A stretch of 62,318 nucleotides of DNA, filler included, from an uncultured bacterium (GTDB lineage: Bacteria; CAYJOG01), in assembly GCA_964371695.1 (NCBI GenBank). It is 17 parts of 17 records of this genome, joined end to end, with 100 filler letters (N's around TTAATTAATTAA, not from the genome) between each part and the next. Parts side by side here need not be neighbours in the genome. Positions count along the whole stretch, not along the records: positions 37,389 to 40,954 come from CAYJOG010000375.1; positions 41,055 to 44,606 come from CAYJOG010000376.1; positions 44,707 to 48,173 come from CAYJOG010000378.1; positions 48,274 to 51,717 come from CAYJOG010000380.1; 13 more parts are not named here. One strand, 5' to 3'. Made by a program: the position numbers and the translations under genes. Of the stretch, positions 39,050 to 49,506 are shown one piece after another (within the stretch, counting starts at the first letter, position 1; every line of letters starts with the position of its first letter). The notes beneath the pieces are model-generated. The model was not told where the DNA came from. It worked only from the letters and a program-made list of their open reading frames with translations, and did no database searches.

Positions 39050-39994
39050 GTGAAGGCGTGGCGACGGGCAACTCTGGTGTGGGGGATGGTGGCGGCCTCA
39101 GCCCTGGCTGCGGTTGACGGACGTGCGCAGGAGACAACCGTTCCTCACACGCCCCTGGTGCTGCAAGCGCCGGTTGAGACCCATGCCAGACCCGGCGAGG
39201 TGACGCTGAAAATCCTGTCTGGCACGGTGTGGCTGCGGGCCAGCCAGTTGCCCGGCGACTGGTTGCAGAACCGCGAGGACTTTCTGCCCCGGTGGCTGGA
39301 AGAAAACGGTTATGTGCGTCAGGGCGAAGTGTCGGTGTCGGTGGCCCTGCTGGAGACCGCCCCCAAAACACCCGCCACCACCCAGGGCCTTTGGGTGAAG
39401 GCCAAAACACCGGGGCGGGACATCCACCGCTGGTTGTTGTTGACCGACTGGTCGCCCCAGGCCACGGCTTTGGTGCAGGCCGATTTCACCAACCTTTCGC
39501 CAGAGGCCGAACAGGTCCTCAGCGGCGTGTTTCAAACCCTCCGCCTGGACAAAGCCCGCTGGTTCAGTCCCTTTCTGGCCCTGGGTTATGGATTTGAGGA
39601 ACCGGTGGGTTTCAAGCCCGCCCGCAGCGATGGCCGGGGTGTGGTGTATACCCTCAGCGGAAAGTTCCCGTCCCCCGGCGAAGCGCTCTGGCTGGTGACC
39701 CGCGAGCCGGTGACACCGGCCACCGGTTTACCCCAGCAGCGGCTGAAAAACCTGGGGGGCTACGAGACCCTCATGCCGGGTGAGTCCGGCCAGTTGGATG
39801 CCCCCGCCCGGCCCGTCTGGGCCGTGGCCACGGCGCGTCAGGTGCCCCAGGGGGTGGACGTGTTTCTGTTCGCCGGTGTGGTGGTGAAGGGGGCAGAGGG
39901 TTTCTGGATGTTCGGCGAATGCCCGATCTCCCAGTCCGCCGCCTGCCAGAAAAACTTTTTGAAAAACCTGGGCGGGTTCTGGTTGCAGGAATGA
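39050..39994 (+). CDS. Secreted hypothetical protein
   Basis: GTG start gives a signal peptide MKAWRRATLVWGMVAASALAAVDGRA-Q. Confidence 0.7.
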   Translation: MKAWRRATLVWGMVAASALAAVDGRAQETTVPHTPLVLQAPVETHARPGEVTLKILSGTVWLRASQLPGDWLQNREDFLPRWLEENGYVRQGEVSVSVALLETAPKTPATTQGLWVKAKTPGRDIHRWLLLTDWSPQATALVQADFTNLSPEAEQVLSGVFQTLRLDKARWFSPFLALGYGFEEPVGFKPARSDGRGVVYTLSGKFPSPGEALWLVTREPVTPATGLPQQRLKNLGGYETLMPGESGQLDAPARPVWAVATARQVPQGVDVFLFAGVVVKGAEGFWMFGECPISQSAACQKNFLKNLGGFWLQE

Positions 39995-40071
39995 GTACCG
40001 CTGCGCCGCGTAATCAAACCCCATGCGCATGTTTGCCGTCAGTGGACAAACACCTCTACAATTTCAGTTTC

Positions 40072-40954
40072 ATGGACTTGTTGAAGTCCCAGGGCAAAAA
40101 AGGGTTTCGGGGCCATGGCAGGGTGCTTGTCTGCGCCTGCGTCGTGGGGGTGCTCTCGCTGCTTTTGGGTTGCCACCGCAAAACCGCGCCGCCGCCGGTG
40201 ACACAAAAACCCCCGGTGGCCAAACCCAAACCCGTCGGGCCGGTGGACAGCGAAGAGTTCGGCCAGTTGCAGGGTGTGCTGGAAGTGGCGGCGGTGTATC
40301 GCAGCAAGGGCATGTTGGCCCAGGCCCAGGCCGAGATTGAAAAAACCCTGCCCGGCGTGCTGCACCCGGTCAACCGCACCCGCGCCCTGTTTGAGCTGAG
40401 CCAGATTTACATCTCCCAGGGCAAACTGGCCGAGGCGGCCCGCCTGTTTGAAGAAAACCCCGCCAAGGAACCCCAGGCCGACGCCTTCCGCAAACTCTAT
40501 CTGGCCAACATCCGCAAAATGCAGCGGCGCGAAAAAGAAGCCGAGCAGATTTACCGGGGGTTGCTCAAACATCCTTTTTGCCAGCGGGAGCTGTCGTTGC
40601 TCTCGAACGTGACCACCGAACTGTCGAACCTGCTGGCGGCCCAGGGGCGCACCGCCGAGGCCATCCAGATTTACCGCAAAACCCTGGAGGCGATTCCGGT
40701 GGGGGCGGGGCGCTCGGTGGAATCCCAAAAGGCCGCCGCCCAGGCCCGTTTGCAGATGGCCGGGTTTCACCTGCAAAAGGGCACACCCCAGGGGGCCATC
40801 GGCCTGCTGAAAGAAGTGCTGAGCCAATCGGCCAGCGACCCCGCCCTGCAATCCGAACACGCCAGCGCCGTAGAGCTTTACACCGAGGCGCTCAAGCAGG
40901 CGGGGCGTTATGAAGAAGCCGCCGCGCACCTGCGTCTGCGCCTGAGCGCCACAC
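40072..40954 (+). CDS. TPR-repeat lipoprotein (3'-truncated)
   Basis: Lipobox SLLLG-C; repeated helical LxxxYxxQGxxAEAxxxY/F units. Confidence 0.8.
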
Positions 40955-41054
40955 NNNNNNNNNNNNNNNNNNNNNNNNNNNNNNNNNNNNNNNNNNNNTT
41001 AATTAATTAANNNNNNNNNNNNNNNNNNNNNNNNNNNNNNNNNNNNNNNNNNNN

Positions 41055-43119
41055 GCACATAGTCCGCCACCATGCGGTGGCTTTGATAAACCGGCCCCAG
41101 GCGGATCATCGCGGCCTTCAGGCTGGCGGTCCAGGTCCGTGGAACGCCCTGGTCGTCGCGATCATGAAACAGCGGGACGATCTGTTTTTCCAGCAGGGTG
41201 TAGAGGGCGCGGGCGTCGTGGGCGTCGGCCCCGCCGGTTTTGTGGCCGGTGGGGGGCGCGACGGCGAAGCCCACTGGGGGCTGGTGTGCGCCTTCGGCGG
41301 CCCAGGCTTCCTCCCACCAGCCATCCAGAATGCTGGCGTTCAGCGCGCCGCTCAGCACGGCTTTCATGCCGCTGGTGCCACAGGCCTCGCGGGGCCATTC
41401 GGGTGTGTTCAGCCACAGGTCCACGCCGCCCAGCAGGGCCTTGGCCAGGTCCAGGTCATAGTTTTCCAGCAAAAATATTTTGCCCTTGAAGGCTGGCTCG
41501 TGGCTCAGATGCAGCACCTGACGCAGCACCGCTTTACCCTGTTCGTCGCGGGGGTGGGCCTTGCCCGCAAAAATCACCTGCATGGGGCGGCGGGGGTTGT
41601 TCAGCAGGCTGGCCAGACGCTTGGTGTCGTGAAACAGCAACCCCGCCCGTTTATAGGCGGCAAACCGGCGGGCAAAACCCACCGTGAGGGCCTGGGGGTT
41701 GAGCAGGTGGCCGCCGTCATCCAGAAGATGCTTCGCCACTTTTTCCATTCCCGTTTGGCGGATGGCCTCGCGCCATGCCCACAGGGTGGCGGGGTCCACC
41801 TTCAACGCCTGGGCAAAATGCTGGCGCGTGAGGGGCAGGGTGCGCCAGCCGGGGCCGTGGGTGGCGTCCATCTGGTGTTGCAGCAGCGGGGGCAACCAGG
41901 TGGGGGCGTGCACGCCGTTGGTGACGTGGCCAATGGGCACATCCGCCACCGCCTTGCCGGGCCACAGGGGTTGCCAGTGCTGGCGGGCCACCACGCCGTG
42001 GCGCTGGCTCACGCCATTGGCTCGGCCGCTGAGGCGCAGGCACAAGGTGCTGAGGCAGAACTGGGTCTGTGGCCCCCGGCCCGGCGGCGCACCCAGGGCC
42101 AGCAGGGTTTCCACGGGCACACCCAGGGTCTGGGCAAAGGGTTGCAGGTGGGGGGTGATGAGCGGCAGGTCGTAACGTTCGTGACCGGCTTCTTCCTGCG
42201 TGTGCGTGGTGAAGACAAGGCGGGGTTTGAGCCACGCCAGGGCCTGCCGCCACGTTAGCCCCCGACTGATGGCCTGTTGCAGCAGGGCCAGCGCCACCAA
42301 GCCGCTGTGGCCTTCGTTCAGGTGAATGACGGTGGGTTCGCGCCCCGTGGCCTGAAGGGCCAGATACCCCCCCACGCCCAGCACCAGTTCCTGTTGCAGG
42401 CGGCTCGGCCGGTCGCCCACATACAGGGTGTGGCTCAGTCGGCGCAGGGCAGGGGGGTTGGCGGCGTGGTCGGTGTCCAGCAGCAGCAGGGGCACGCGCC
42501 CCACGGCCAGTTCACGCACACGCACCGAGGCGGTTTTGTGTCCCAGCGGCACGGGCACAAACAGCGGCTTGCCGCCGGGGTGGGTGAGGGGCAGGTGCTC
42601 CGGGTGCAGGTGTTCGGGGTGTTCCACCTGACCACGGGAATCAATGCGCTGGCGGAAATATCCCCGGCCATACCACAGGCCCACGCCGGTCACCGGCACG
42701 CCCAGGTCGCTGGCCGATTTCAGAAAATCCCCCGCCAGCACACCCAGGCCGCCAGAATAAATCGGCAGGCCGTGCCACAGGCCAAACTCGGCGCAAAAAA
42801 ACGCGGCGTGCAGGTCTTTGGGCACAGCCGCGCCGGTGGACCATGTTTTGCGGGCGCGGGTCTCGGTCAGAAACCGTTTGTGCAACGCGGCCACGGTGCG
42901 GGAGAGGGCCGGGTTTTCATTCAGGGTTTTGAGGCCAGCGGGAGAGAGAGCTTTCAGAAAACGGCTCAGGTTGCCGCCAGCGCGTCGCCAGTGGGCCGAC
43001 AGGGGCGAGGCCGCCAGCGCTTCGTCCAGCCCCTGCCAGGTCCACCAAAGGTTTTCAGAGAGTTCCTGAAGCCGCTGGGTTGTGGTGGGTGTAGCCGGAG
43101 ACGCACGGTGAGGGGACAC
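41055..43119 (-). CDS. glgP: Alpha-glucan (glycogen) phosphorylase (3'-truncated)
   Basis: NLWWTW, YSGGLGVLAGD, HLNEGH, TNGVH, ARRFAAYKR, EACGTSGMKA, LDGWW. Confidence 0.95.
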
Positions 43120-43231
43120 AGTGTGTCAGTATAATAAAGATGATGATTCGGCCAGCTTCTCTTTACGGAAGAAGGCCGGAGGTGGGGAGGCAAAAAAGAA
43201 AAAACTGTTTGGTTTTTTGCCGTTAAACAAA

Positions 43232-43278
43232 CCCCTCACCCGGCCTACGGCCACCCTCTCCCCATAAAGGGGAGAGGG
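43232..43278. repeat. CCCCTCACCC...CCCTCTCCC...GGGAGAGGG repeat between divergent glgP and malQ
   Basis: Similar in reverse complement to 48057-48106. Confidence 0.75.
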
Positions 43279-43310
43279 AATGGTGACGCCCGATTTTTCT
43301 GATCAACGCC

Positions 43311-44606
43311 ATGGCCCAAACCCTTCGCCGCCAACGTCAGCTTTTGGCCCTTTATGGCGTCAGTGCGGGATTTTGGGATGGCCAGGGTCGCTGGCAAAAA
43401 GCGCACCCAGAGGCGTGGACGGCGGGGCTGCCAAGTCGGGGGGGGTTGACGGGCGGCAAAAACTGGCTTGAGAAGGCGCTGCAAAACCGATGCGCAGAAC
43501 TGTTGGCGCGGGGTTTTGACGAACCGGCGGTGTCGTGGGGCGGCCAAAAGGTGTTGTTCAACCTGTGGCTGAACGAGGCCAGCAGCAAGCCGCCGCTGCG
43601 GGTCGCCGCCCTGCTGGAAACGGGCGAAGAAATACCCCTGCAACCCACCCGCCGGGGGCAGGGCAGGGGGGTGGCGGGCCTGCGCCTGAGTCCGTGGACA
43701 GCCCAAGGGGCCACGCCGCTGCCGCCGGGATTGCACCGTCTGGTGATTCAGCAGGGCCGGCTGAAGCAGACCGCGCCGCTGATTGTGGCCCCCCGGCGCT
43801 GCCCGGCATTGCCGTTGCCCCCCGGTAAAAAAGGCCGCTGGGGGTTGCTGGCCCCCGTGTTTGCGCTTTATGACCAGAAGGCTCCGGCACTGGGCACTTA
43901 CACGGACCTGGCTGCTCTGGCGCAGGGGACGGCTCGTCACGGGGCCGGTGTGCTGGCCACACTGCCCCTGCTGCCCTGTTTCTTGGAAAAGCCTTTTGAA
44001 CCCAGCCCCTACAGCCCCGTGAGCCGCCTGTTTTGGAGCGACGCTTTTGTAGACCCCGCCGCCGCGCCAGCGTGGCCCCACTGCGCCGCCGCCCGTCGGG
44101 TGCTGTCGGGTGCGGCGGCGGACAGGGCGGCGCAGCATTATCGGGATAACCCACTGGTGGACTTCGCTGGTCAATATGCCTTGCGGCGCAGGGCACTGGG
44201 CCAACTGGCGGATTTCTTCTTTTCCCATGGAGCTGACGCCCAGGCGGATTTTCAGTCGTTCCTGAAAGAACACCCCGGCGCGGCGGACTACGCCCTGTTT
44301 CGCGCCGTCACCGAGGCCCAGGGCAGCGTGTGGTCTCAGTGGCCCAAAGGACTGAGTTTCAGAAACCTGAAGGCCACAGACGCCAGGCCACAGGACGCGC
44401 ACTATCACCTCTACGCCCAATATCTGGCCCACCGGCAGACCCAGGCGCTGAAACAAAAGGCCCGTGACAGCGGTGTGTTGTTATATCTGGACCTGCCCCT
44501 GGGTGGCCACGCCGGGGGATATGACACCTTTGTTCACCAGCGCGCCTATGCCTGGGGTGTGTCGGCGGGCGCGCCCCCCGACGCGTTTTTTCAGGAGGGC
44601 CAGAAC
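43311..44606 (+). CDS. malQ: 4-alpha-glucanotransferase, GH77 (3'-truncated)
   Basis: WGLLAPVFAL, PSPYSPVSRLF, LYLDLPLG, AGAPPDAFFQEGQN. Confidence 0.92.
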
Positions 44607-44706
44607 NNNNNNNNNNNNNNNNNNNNNNNNNNNNNNNNNNNNNNNNNNNNTTAATTAATTAANNNNNNNNNNNNNNNNNNNNNNNNNNNNNNNNNNNNNN
44701 NNNNNN

Positions 44707-45613
44707 GGCCGAGGGTGACGTCACCATGCCCGAAAAAGTGTACATGGCGTTTCCCGATGGCGACCTGCGCCTCATGCCCAGCCACCTGCACACCGCCGGA
44801 GCCGCCGGGGTGAAGCTGGTGACGGTGCATCCGCACAACGCAGCCGAGGGGAAATACCCCACCGTCATGGCCACCTATGTGCTGCTGGACCCGGCCACGG
44901 GTTTCCCGCTGGCGGTGATGGGGGCCTCGTGGCTCACAGCGCTGCGCACCGGCGCGGCCAGTGCCCTGGCCACCCAGGCGCTGGCCAACCCCGACGCCTC
45001 TGTGCTGGCGATAGTGGGGGCTGGTGTGCAGGCCCACACACAAATCCTGTTTCACCTCATGGTCATGCCCAATCTGCAGGAGGTGCATGTGTATGGCCTC
45101 AACCCCGAAGTCCTGATGCAATTCCGCGAAGAGCATTTTTCCACCCTGCAGGCCCAGGGGGTGTCGCTGGTCACCCACACACAAAATCTGGGCGAGGTGC
45201 TGCGGGGGGCCGACGTGATTGTCACCGTCACGCCCGCCCGCAACCCGGTGGTGCTGGACCGCATGGTCAAGCCCGGCACCCACATCAACGCCGTGGGGGC
45301 CGACGCGCCGGGCAAGCAGGAGCTGGACCTGGCCCTGCTCAAACGCGCCCGCATTTTTGTGGACGAATGGGAGCAGGCGGCCCACAGCGGTGAAATCAAC
45401 GTGGCGGTGCTCAAGGGACAGCTCAAAAAAGAAGACATCGCCGGAACATTGCCCATGGTGCTGGCCAAAAAAGCCCAGGGCCGGTGGAACGAAGAAGAAA
45501 TCACGGTGTTTGACAGCACCGGTCTGGCGGTGCAGGACGCCGCTCTGGCCCACGGGTTTTACACCCGCCTCAAAGACCACCCCCAGGTGCTCAAGGCGAA
45601 TCTGGTGTCGTAG
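44707..45613 (+). CDS. Ornithine cyclodeaminase/mu-crystallin family, resembling archaeal-type alanine dehydrogenase (5'-truncated)
   Basis: MPEKVY..F..GDLRLMP, GVKLVTVHP.N, PTVMA, TALRTGAA, GAGVQA, HINAVGADAPGKQE, FDSTGLAVQD. Confidence 0.9.
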
Positions 45614-45630
45614 CCTGCCGGGGCTACCTC

Positions 45631-45658
45631 AAAAAACCCCTGATAATCCGGGTTTTTT
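45631..45658. terminator. Bidirectional terminator candidate between convergent genes
   Basis: AAAAAACCC-loop-GGGTTTTTT. Confidence 0.5.
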
Positions 45659-45693
45659 CTCGCAAACCCAACAGCAATTGCCTGCCGGGCGAC

Positions 45694-46341
45694 TCATTTC
45701 TCCAGTGTGAAATACAGCAGTTTTTCCGGCTCGCCGCGCCAGAGGTAAGACATGCGGCCCAGCCACAGGCCCGGCCCCAGGGCCTTCACCTCGCCCCGGA
45801 TGGCCCGGAGCGGCAGAGGGTTTTGATCCACGTGATAATTCAGCACCACGGCTTCGCTTTCGCTGTCCAGCGTGTGGCCATGGGCGATGCTGTAACCGGC
45901 AAACGTGGGACCATTTTCGGTGAACCACACGTTGACGCCCGTTTCGCCGTCAAAACATTTGCCCCGCCACGGACTGAGGGGGCTGTTGATGAGGTTCAGG
46001 AACATCTGGGGCAAACCGGCGGGCAGGGCGTCCAGCCCTCGGGCCAGCAGCACTTCGCCCCGGCAAAAACCTTCTGGCGTGCCGGGCGCGGGGGCAGGCA
46101 AGCCCGCGAACACATGGTTCAGGCCGTCAAAATCCATTTCCCGCAGGGCGTCCAGATCAGGCAGGGCAGGAGCCGCTTTGGGCGCTGATTTGGGCCGGAT
46201 GGATTTTGGCTTGGACTGGCTTGCCTTGGCCTTGGCAGGTGACGCTTTTTTGGGTTTGGCCGCAGCGGGTTTGGCCGCCAGTTTTTTGCTTTTTGCGGCA
46301 GGTGTTTTTTTGCGGACAGGTTTGCTTTTTTTCTCGGCCAC
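45694..46341 (-). CDS. Hypothetical protein with Lys/Ala/Pro-rich N-terminus, downstream of the GMC oxidase
   Basis: GGAGG RBS; PWRGKCF, AVVLNY..DQNP, IRGEVKALGPGLWLGR. Confidence 0.8.
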   Translation of the reverse strand: MAEKKSKPVRKKTPAAKSKKLAAKPAAAKPKKASPAKAKASQSKPKSIRPKSAPKAAPALPDLDALREMDFDGLNHVFAGLPAPAPGTPEGFCRGEVLLARGLDALPAGLPQMFLNLINSPLSPWRGKCFDGETGVNVWFTENGPTFAGYSIAHGHTLDSESEAVVLNYHVDQNPLPLRAIRGEVKALGPGLWLGRMSYLWRGEPEKLLYFTLEK

Positions 46342-46369
46342 GAACGCCTCCCGGAAAATTGAATGAAAC

Positions 46370-47866
46370 TCAGGATACCATCAGGCTGGCCTGCCGTTCT
46401 GCCAGGGCGGCGATGGTGAGGCTGGGGGGAATGCCCGGCGGACGCGGATAAAGCGAACCATCGGCCACATACAAACCGGGGTGGCCAAAAATCTGGCCGG
46501 TGTGGTGGGTGACGGCTTCTTCGGCGCTGCGCCCCAGGCTGGCCCCGCCCATGGGGTGTACCGTGGCGATGGTGCTGGCCCCCCGTCCGCCGGGGGCGTT
46601 GTTCATCAGCCACCGGGGTTGATAGTGGGCCGAGAGTTTTTCCACCGATTTTTCGATGGCGTCAAACAGTTCTGGCCCCACGTCTCGCCCCATGGGGGTG
46701 TGCAGGTTTTTGCCGTCATAGGTGAGCACGCCGGTGGCGCTGTCGCGGCCCATGGCCAGAATCATGGCGCAGCCCGCCAGGGCGTTTTTCAGCGGCCCCG
46801 GCAGCGGCAGCGCCGCCAGCGGCAAGCCCACTTCGCCAATCAGGTATTCATAGTGACCCCGCTGGGGATGCCGCAAAAAAGCGTTGAATGCCGGGCCGTG
46901 GGCGCTGTTTTTGAGCTGGGGGCTGAACAGGAACGCCGCGCCCATATCGCCGTTGGGAGAAAACCGCAGACCCAGTGTGCGGGGCAGGCGGGGCAGGGTG
47001 CGGTGGCGGTCCCGCGCGGCGAACAAAAGCCGCAGCGTGTTCAGCGTGCCCGCCGCCAGAATCAGCCGCCTGCCCGCCGCCTGCTTGGTCTGGCCGGTGC
47101 GGTGGTCCGTAAAACGCACGGCATAACCCTTGCCATGGGGGGCGATGGCCGTCACCTCGCACAGGGGGCGCAGCGTGGCCCCGTGCCTGAGGGCCAGAGG
47201 GACATAGGTGAGGTCCATGGTGGTTTTGGCCTTGGTGGGGCAGCCCAGAATGCAGGTGCCGCAAAAGTTGCAACTGCCCTGCGCCACACCGGCTGCGTTC
47301 ACCACCGGGCGCTGCCGGTTGGGGGAGTCTCCCCACACCACCGCCAGTTCGGGATAGGTGACGCCGCCCAGTCCGGCATGGCTGGCCATGGCCTCGAACA
47401 CGCGGTTTTTTTCTGGCAGGTGCGGCATGGGGGCGGGGCGCAGCATGTCGCGCACCCTTTGGAAATAGGGCCGCATTTCCCGCGCCGTGATCTCTGGCGG
47501 AAACCCCTGAAAAAAATCGTCGTCGGGCTGGTGCAGGATGTTGGTGTAAATGAGCGAGCCGCCCCCCACGCCGCTGCCGGTAACGGTGAGCAGGTGGTCG
47601 AACAGATGGGTCTCCAGCCAGCCGTCTTTGTTCAGCAGCCATTCCCGGCTTTTCTGGCTGCGGGCCATGCGCACATTGCGCACCAGCCGGGTTGCCCCGG
47701 CGCCTTGTGGAAAAGGCCGCCGCAGGCTGTCCTCCTGGCCTTCTCCCGCTGGCCCCCACCAGGGGCCGCGCTCCAGAATCAGTACCTTCAAACCCTTTTG
47801 CGCCAGCCGCGCTGCGGTGATGGATCCGCCAAAGCCGGAACCGACGACGATGGCGTCCCAGAGCAC
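46370..47866 (-). CDS. GMC oxidoreductase, cholesterol-oxidase (ChoD)-like
   Basis: DAIVVGSGFGGS, LERG, GVGGGSLIY, CNFCGTCILGC, TVHPMGG, GLYVADGS, PSLTIAALAER. Confidence 0.9.
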   Translation of the reverse strand: MLWDAIVVGSGFGGSITAARLAQKGLKVLILERGPWWGPAGEGQEDSLRRPFPQGAGATRLVRNVRMARSQKSREWLLNKDGWLETHLFDHLLTVTGSGVGGGSLIYTNILHQPDDDFFQGFPPEITAREMRPYFQRVRDMLRPAPMPHLPEKNRVFEAMASHAGLGGVTYPELAVVWGDSPNRQRPVVNAAGVAQGSCNFCGTCILGCPTKAKTTMDLTYVPLALRHGATLRPLCEVTAIAPHGKGYAVRFTDHRTGQTKQAAGRRLILAAGTLNTLRLLFAARDRHRTLPRLPRTLGLRFSPNGDMGAAFLFSPQLKNSAHGPAFNAFLRHPQRGHYEYLIGEVGLPLAALPLPGPLKNALAGCAMILAMGRDSATGVLTYDGKNLHTPMGRDVGPELFDAIEKSVEKLSAHYQPRWLMNNAPGGRGASTIATVHPMGGASLGRSAEEAVTHHTGQIFGHPGLYVADGSLYPRPPGIPPSLTIAALAERQASLMVS

Positions 47867-48056
47867 CGGTGTATTTTAGAATGGAAGGGCGGAAAGCTTC
47901 GCAGAAATCAGAAACCGTCTGCATTGTGTTTTGCGATAAGTTTTCATTTCCCATCAGTTGATGCATCCAGCATTGTCTCCTCTCCTCTTTATATACATGA
48001 CGACATAAGTCGCGGTGTATGGATACATGCTTGCGTGGGGAAGCGTCACCCTTTTT

Positions 48057-48173
48057 ACCCTCTCCCCTTTACGGGGAGAGGGTGGCGCGTAGCGCCGGGT
48101 GAGGGGTCAAGCAAAAAGCAAAAAACCATTGAGGTTTTTATATTTGGTTAAGCCCCACACCACCCTCTCCCCA
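48057..48173. repeat. CCCTCTCCC-family palindromic repeats at contig end
   Basis: ACCCTCTCCCC-loop-GGGGAGAGGGT followed by GGCGCGTAGCGCCGGGTGAGGGG, plus a truncated second copy. Confidence 0.75.
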
Positions 48174-48273
48174 NNNNNNNNNNNNNNNNNNNNNNNNNNN
48201 NNNNNNNNNNNNNNNNNTTAATTAATTAANNNNNNNNNNNNNNNNNNNNNNNNNNNNNNNNNNNNNNNNNNNN

Positions 48274-48661
48274 GCATGTTCCTGGCCAGAATGTCATGAA
48301 CGGTCTGGTCGCTCAGAGAGACTTCCATGAGCAGTTGCGAAAGCGCCGTGGCCTGCTGGTTCTGCACCAGATAACGCATGTAATAGGCGAGGATGGCCTC
48401 CAGCAAAAGATGGGGGTTGGAATAAGGCCCCTGCAGCGCCCTGGCCAGATAGGCGATGGAGTCTTCCACCATTTCCTGGCAAAGGGCCTCCAGGATTTCC
48501 TGCTTGTTGCGGTAATAAAAATACATGCCTCCCCGGCTGATGCCGGCGGCCTGGGCGATGTCCTCCAGGCTGGTGGTGGCGTAGCCCTTTTCGACAAACA
48601 GGGTGCGGGAAGCCGCCAGGATGTCCTGACGGCGTTTGTTTTCTCCGAGGTGTTTGCCCAT
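48274..48661 (-). CDS. TetR/AcrR-family regulator (3'-truncated)
   Basis: RQDILAASRTLFVEKGYATTSLEDIAQAAGISRGGMYFYYRNKQEIL. Confidence 0.93.
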
Positions 48662-48684
48662 GGGGATGAGTGGAAAGCCGGTGT

Positions 48685-48717
48685 AAAAAAACGCGCCGGA
48701 GCACAGGCCCCGGCGCG
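48685..48717 (-). terminator. Terminator candidate
   Basis: CGCGCCGG stem followed by T6 on the minus strand, just after the 48731 stop. Confidence 0.55.
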
Positions 48718-48730
48718 CCCAAAAAGCGGA

Positions 48731-49348
48731 TTACATGATGCCGAGGGCTTCGAGAATGTTGCTGGGGGGAGTGGCCACGTCAGAGAGGGGGCAGTCCTTG
48801 TGCAGGATGAAAAACCCCTGGCTGGGCAGGTTGAACAGGCCGAAATCCAGATAGGCTTTGCCCAGCAGCAGGCTGGTGTCGCCTTCGTTCACGCACACCA
48901 TGTAGTCGCGCAGCAGGCTGGTCACGTCCAGGGCCGGGTTGTCGCCTTCGCCATAGTTGATGAGCAGGGCCTGGCTGTAGTGGTTGAAGGTGTCGTCATC
49001 GGCGGCGGGATAAACCTTGTAAAAACCGTGGGCGGTCTTGCGGATGTCGTCGCTGGTGGTTTCCCAGGGGCCGTCCAGTTCGCGGTCCTGCTTGATTTTC
49101 AGGTTCCAGCCCCGCAGTTCGCCGGTGATGGGGTCGCGGTAGAAGCACTTTTTGAATTTCTGAGCGAACATTTTGAGCAGTTCGGGCACACCCACGTTCA
49201 GCCCCTTGAACTCGAAGCCTTCGATTTCCTTGGGGTCCACGGGGTGGCCGTTTTCCATCAATTCGTCCAGTTGATCGTTGGACATTTCCCGAAGTTCCTC
49301 AAAGGTGATGCCCTTGGGGTGGGCTTTGGTTTTGCTTTTGGTGGCCAT
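48731..49348 (-). CDS. Hypothetical protein related to 45694-46341
   Basis: AAGGAG RBS; ELREMSNDQL, FKKCF, ALLINYGEGDNP, LRDYMV, LLLGKAY. Confidence 0.8.
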   Translation of the reverse strand: MATKSKTKAHPKGITFEELREMSNDQLDELMENGHPVDPKEIEGFEFKGLNVGVPELLKMFAQKFKKCFYRDPITGELRGWNLKIKQDRELDGPWETTSDDIRKTAHGFYKVYPAADDDTFNHYSQALLINYGEGDNPALDVTSLLRDYMVCVNEGDTSLLLGKAYLDFGLFNLPSQGFFILHKDCPLSDVATPPSNILEALGIM

Positions 49349-49472
49349 GGTGGCTCCTTGAATGGAAAGTCCGGTTGCGCACCGGCTGTCCAAATTTAAG
49401 CACATTGCCGAAATCGGGGCAACAGCGGGGTCTTAAAACAGTTTTAATCTAAACGGAGCTTAAAAAACCCGC

Positions 49473-49499
49473 TCAAGGTTTTGACGGGGCCGCCGTTAA
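49473..49499 (+). promoter_or_regulatory. Sigma28 (FliA)-type promoter of flgL
   Basis: TCAAG-N14-GCCGTTAA, ending 7 nt before the ATG. Confidence 0.65.
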
Positions 49500-49506
49500 A
49501 CACACC

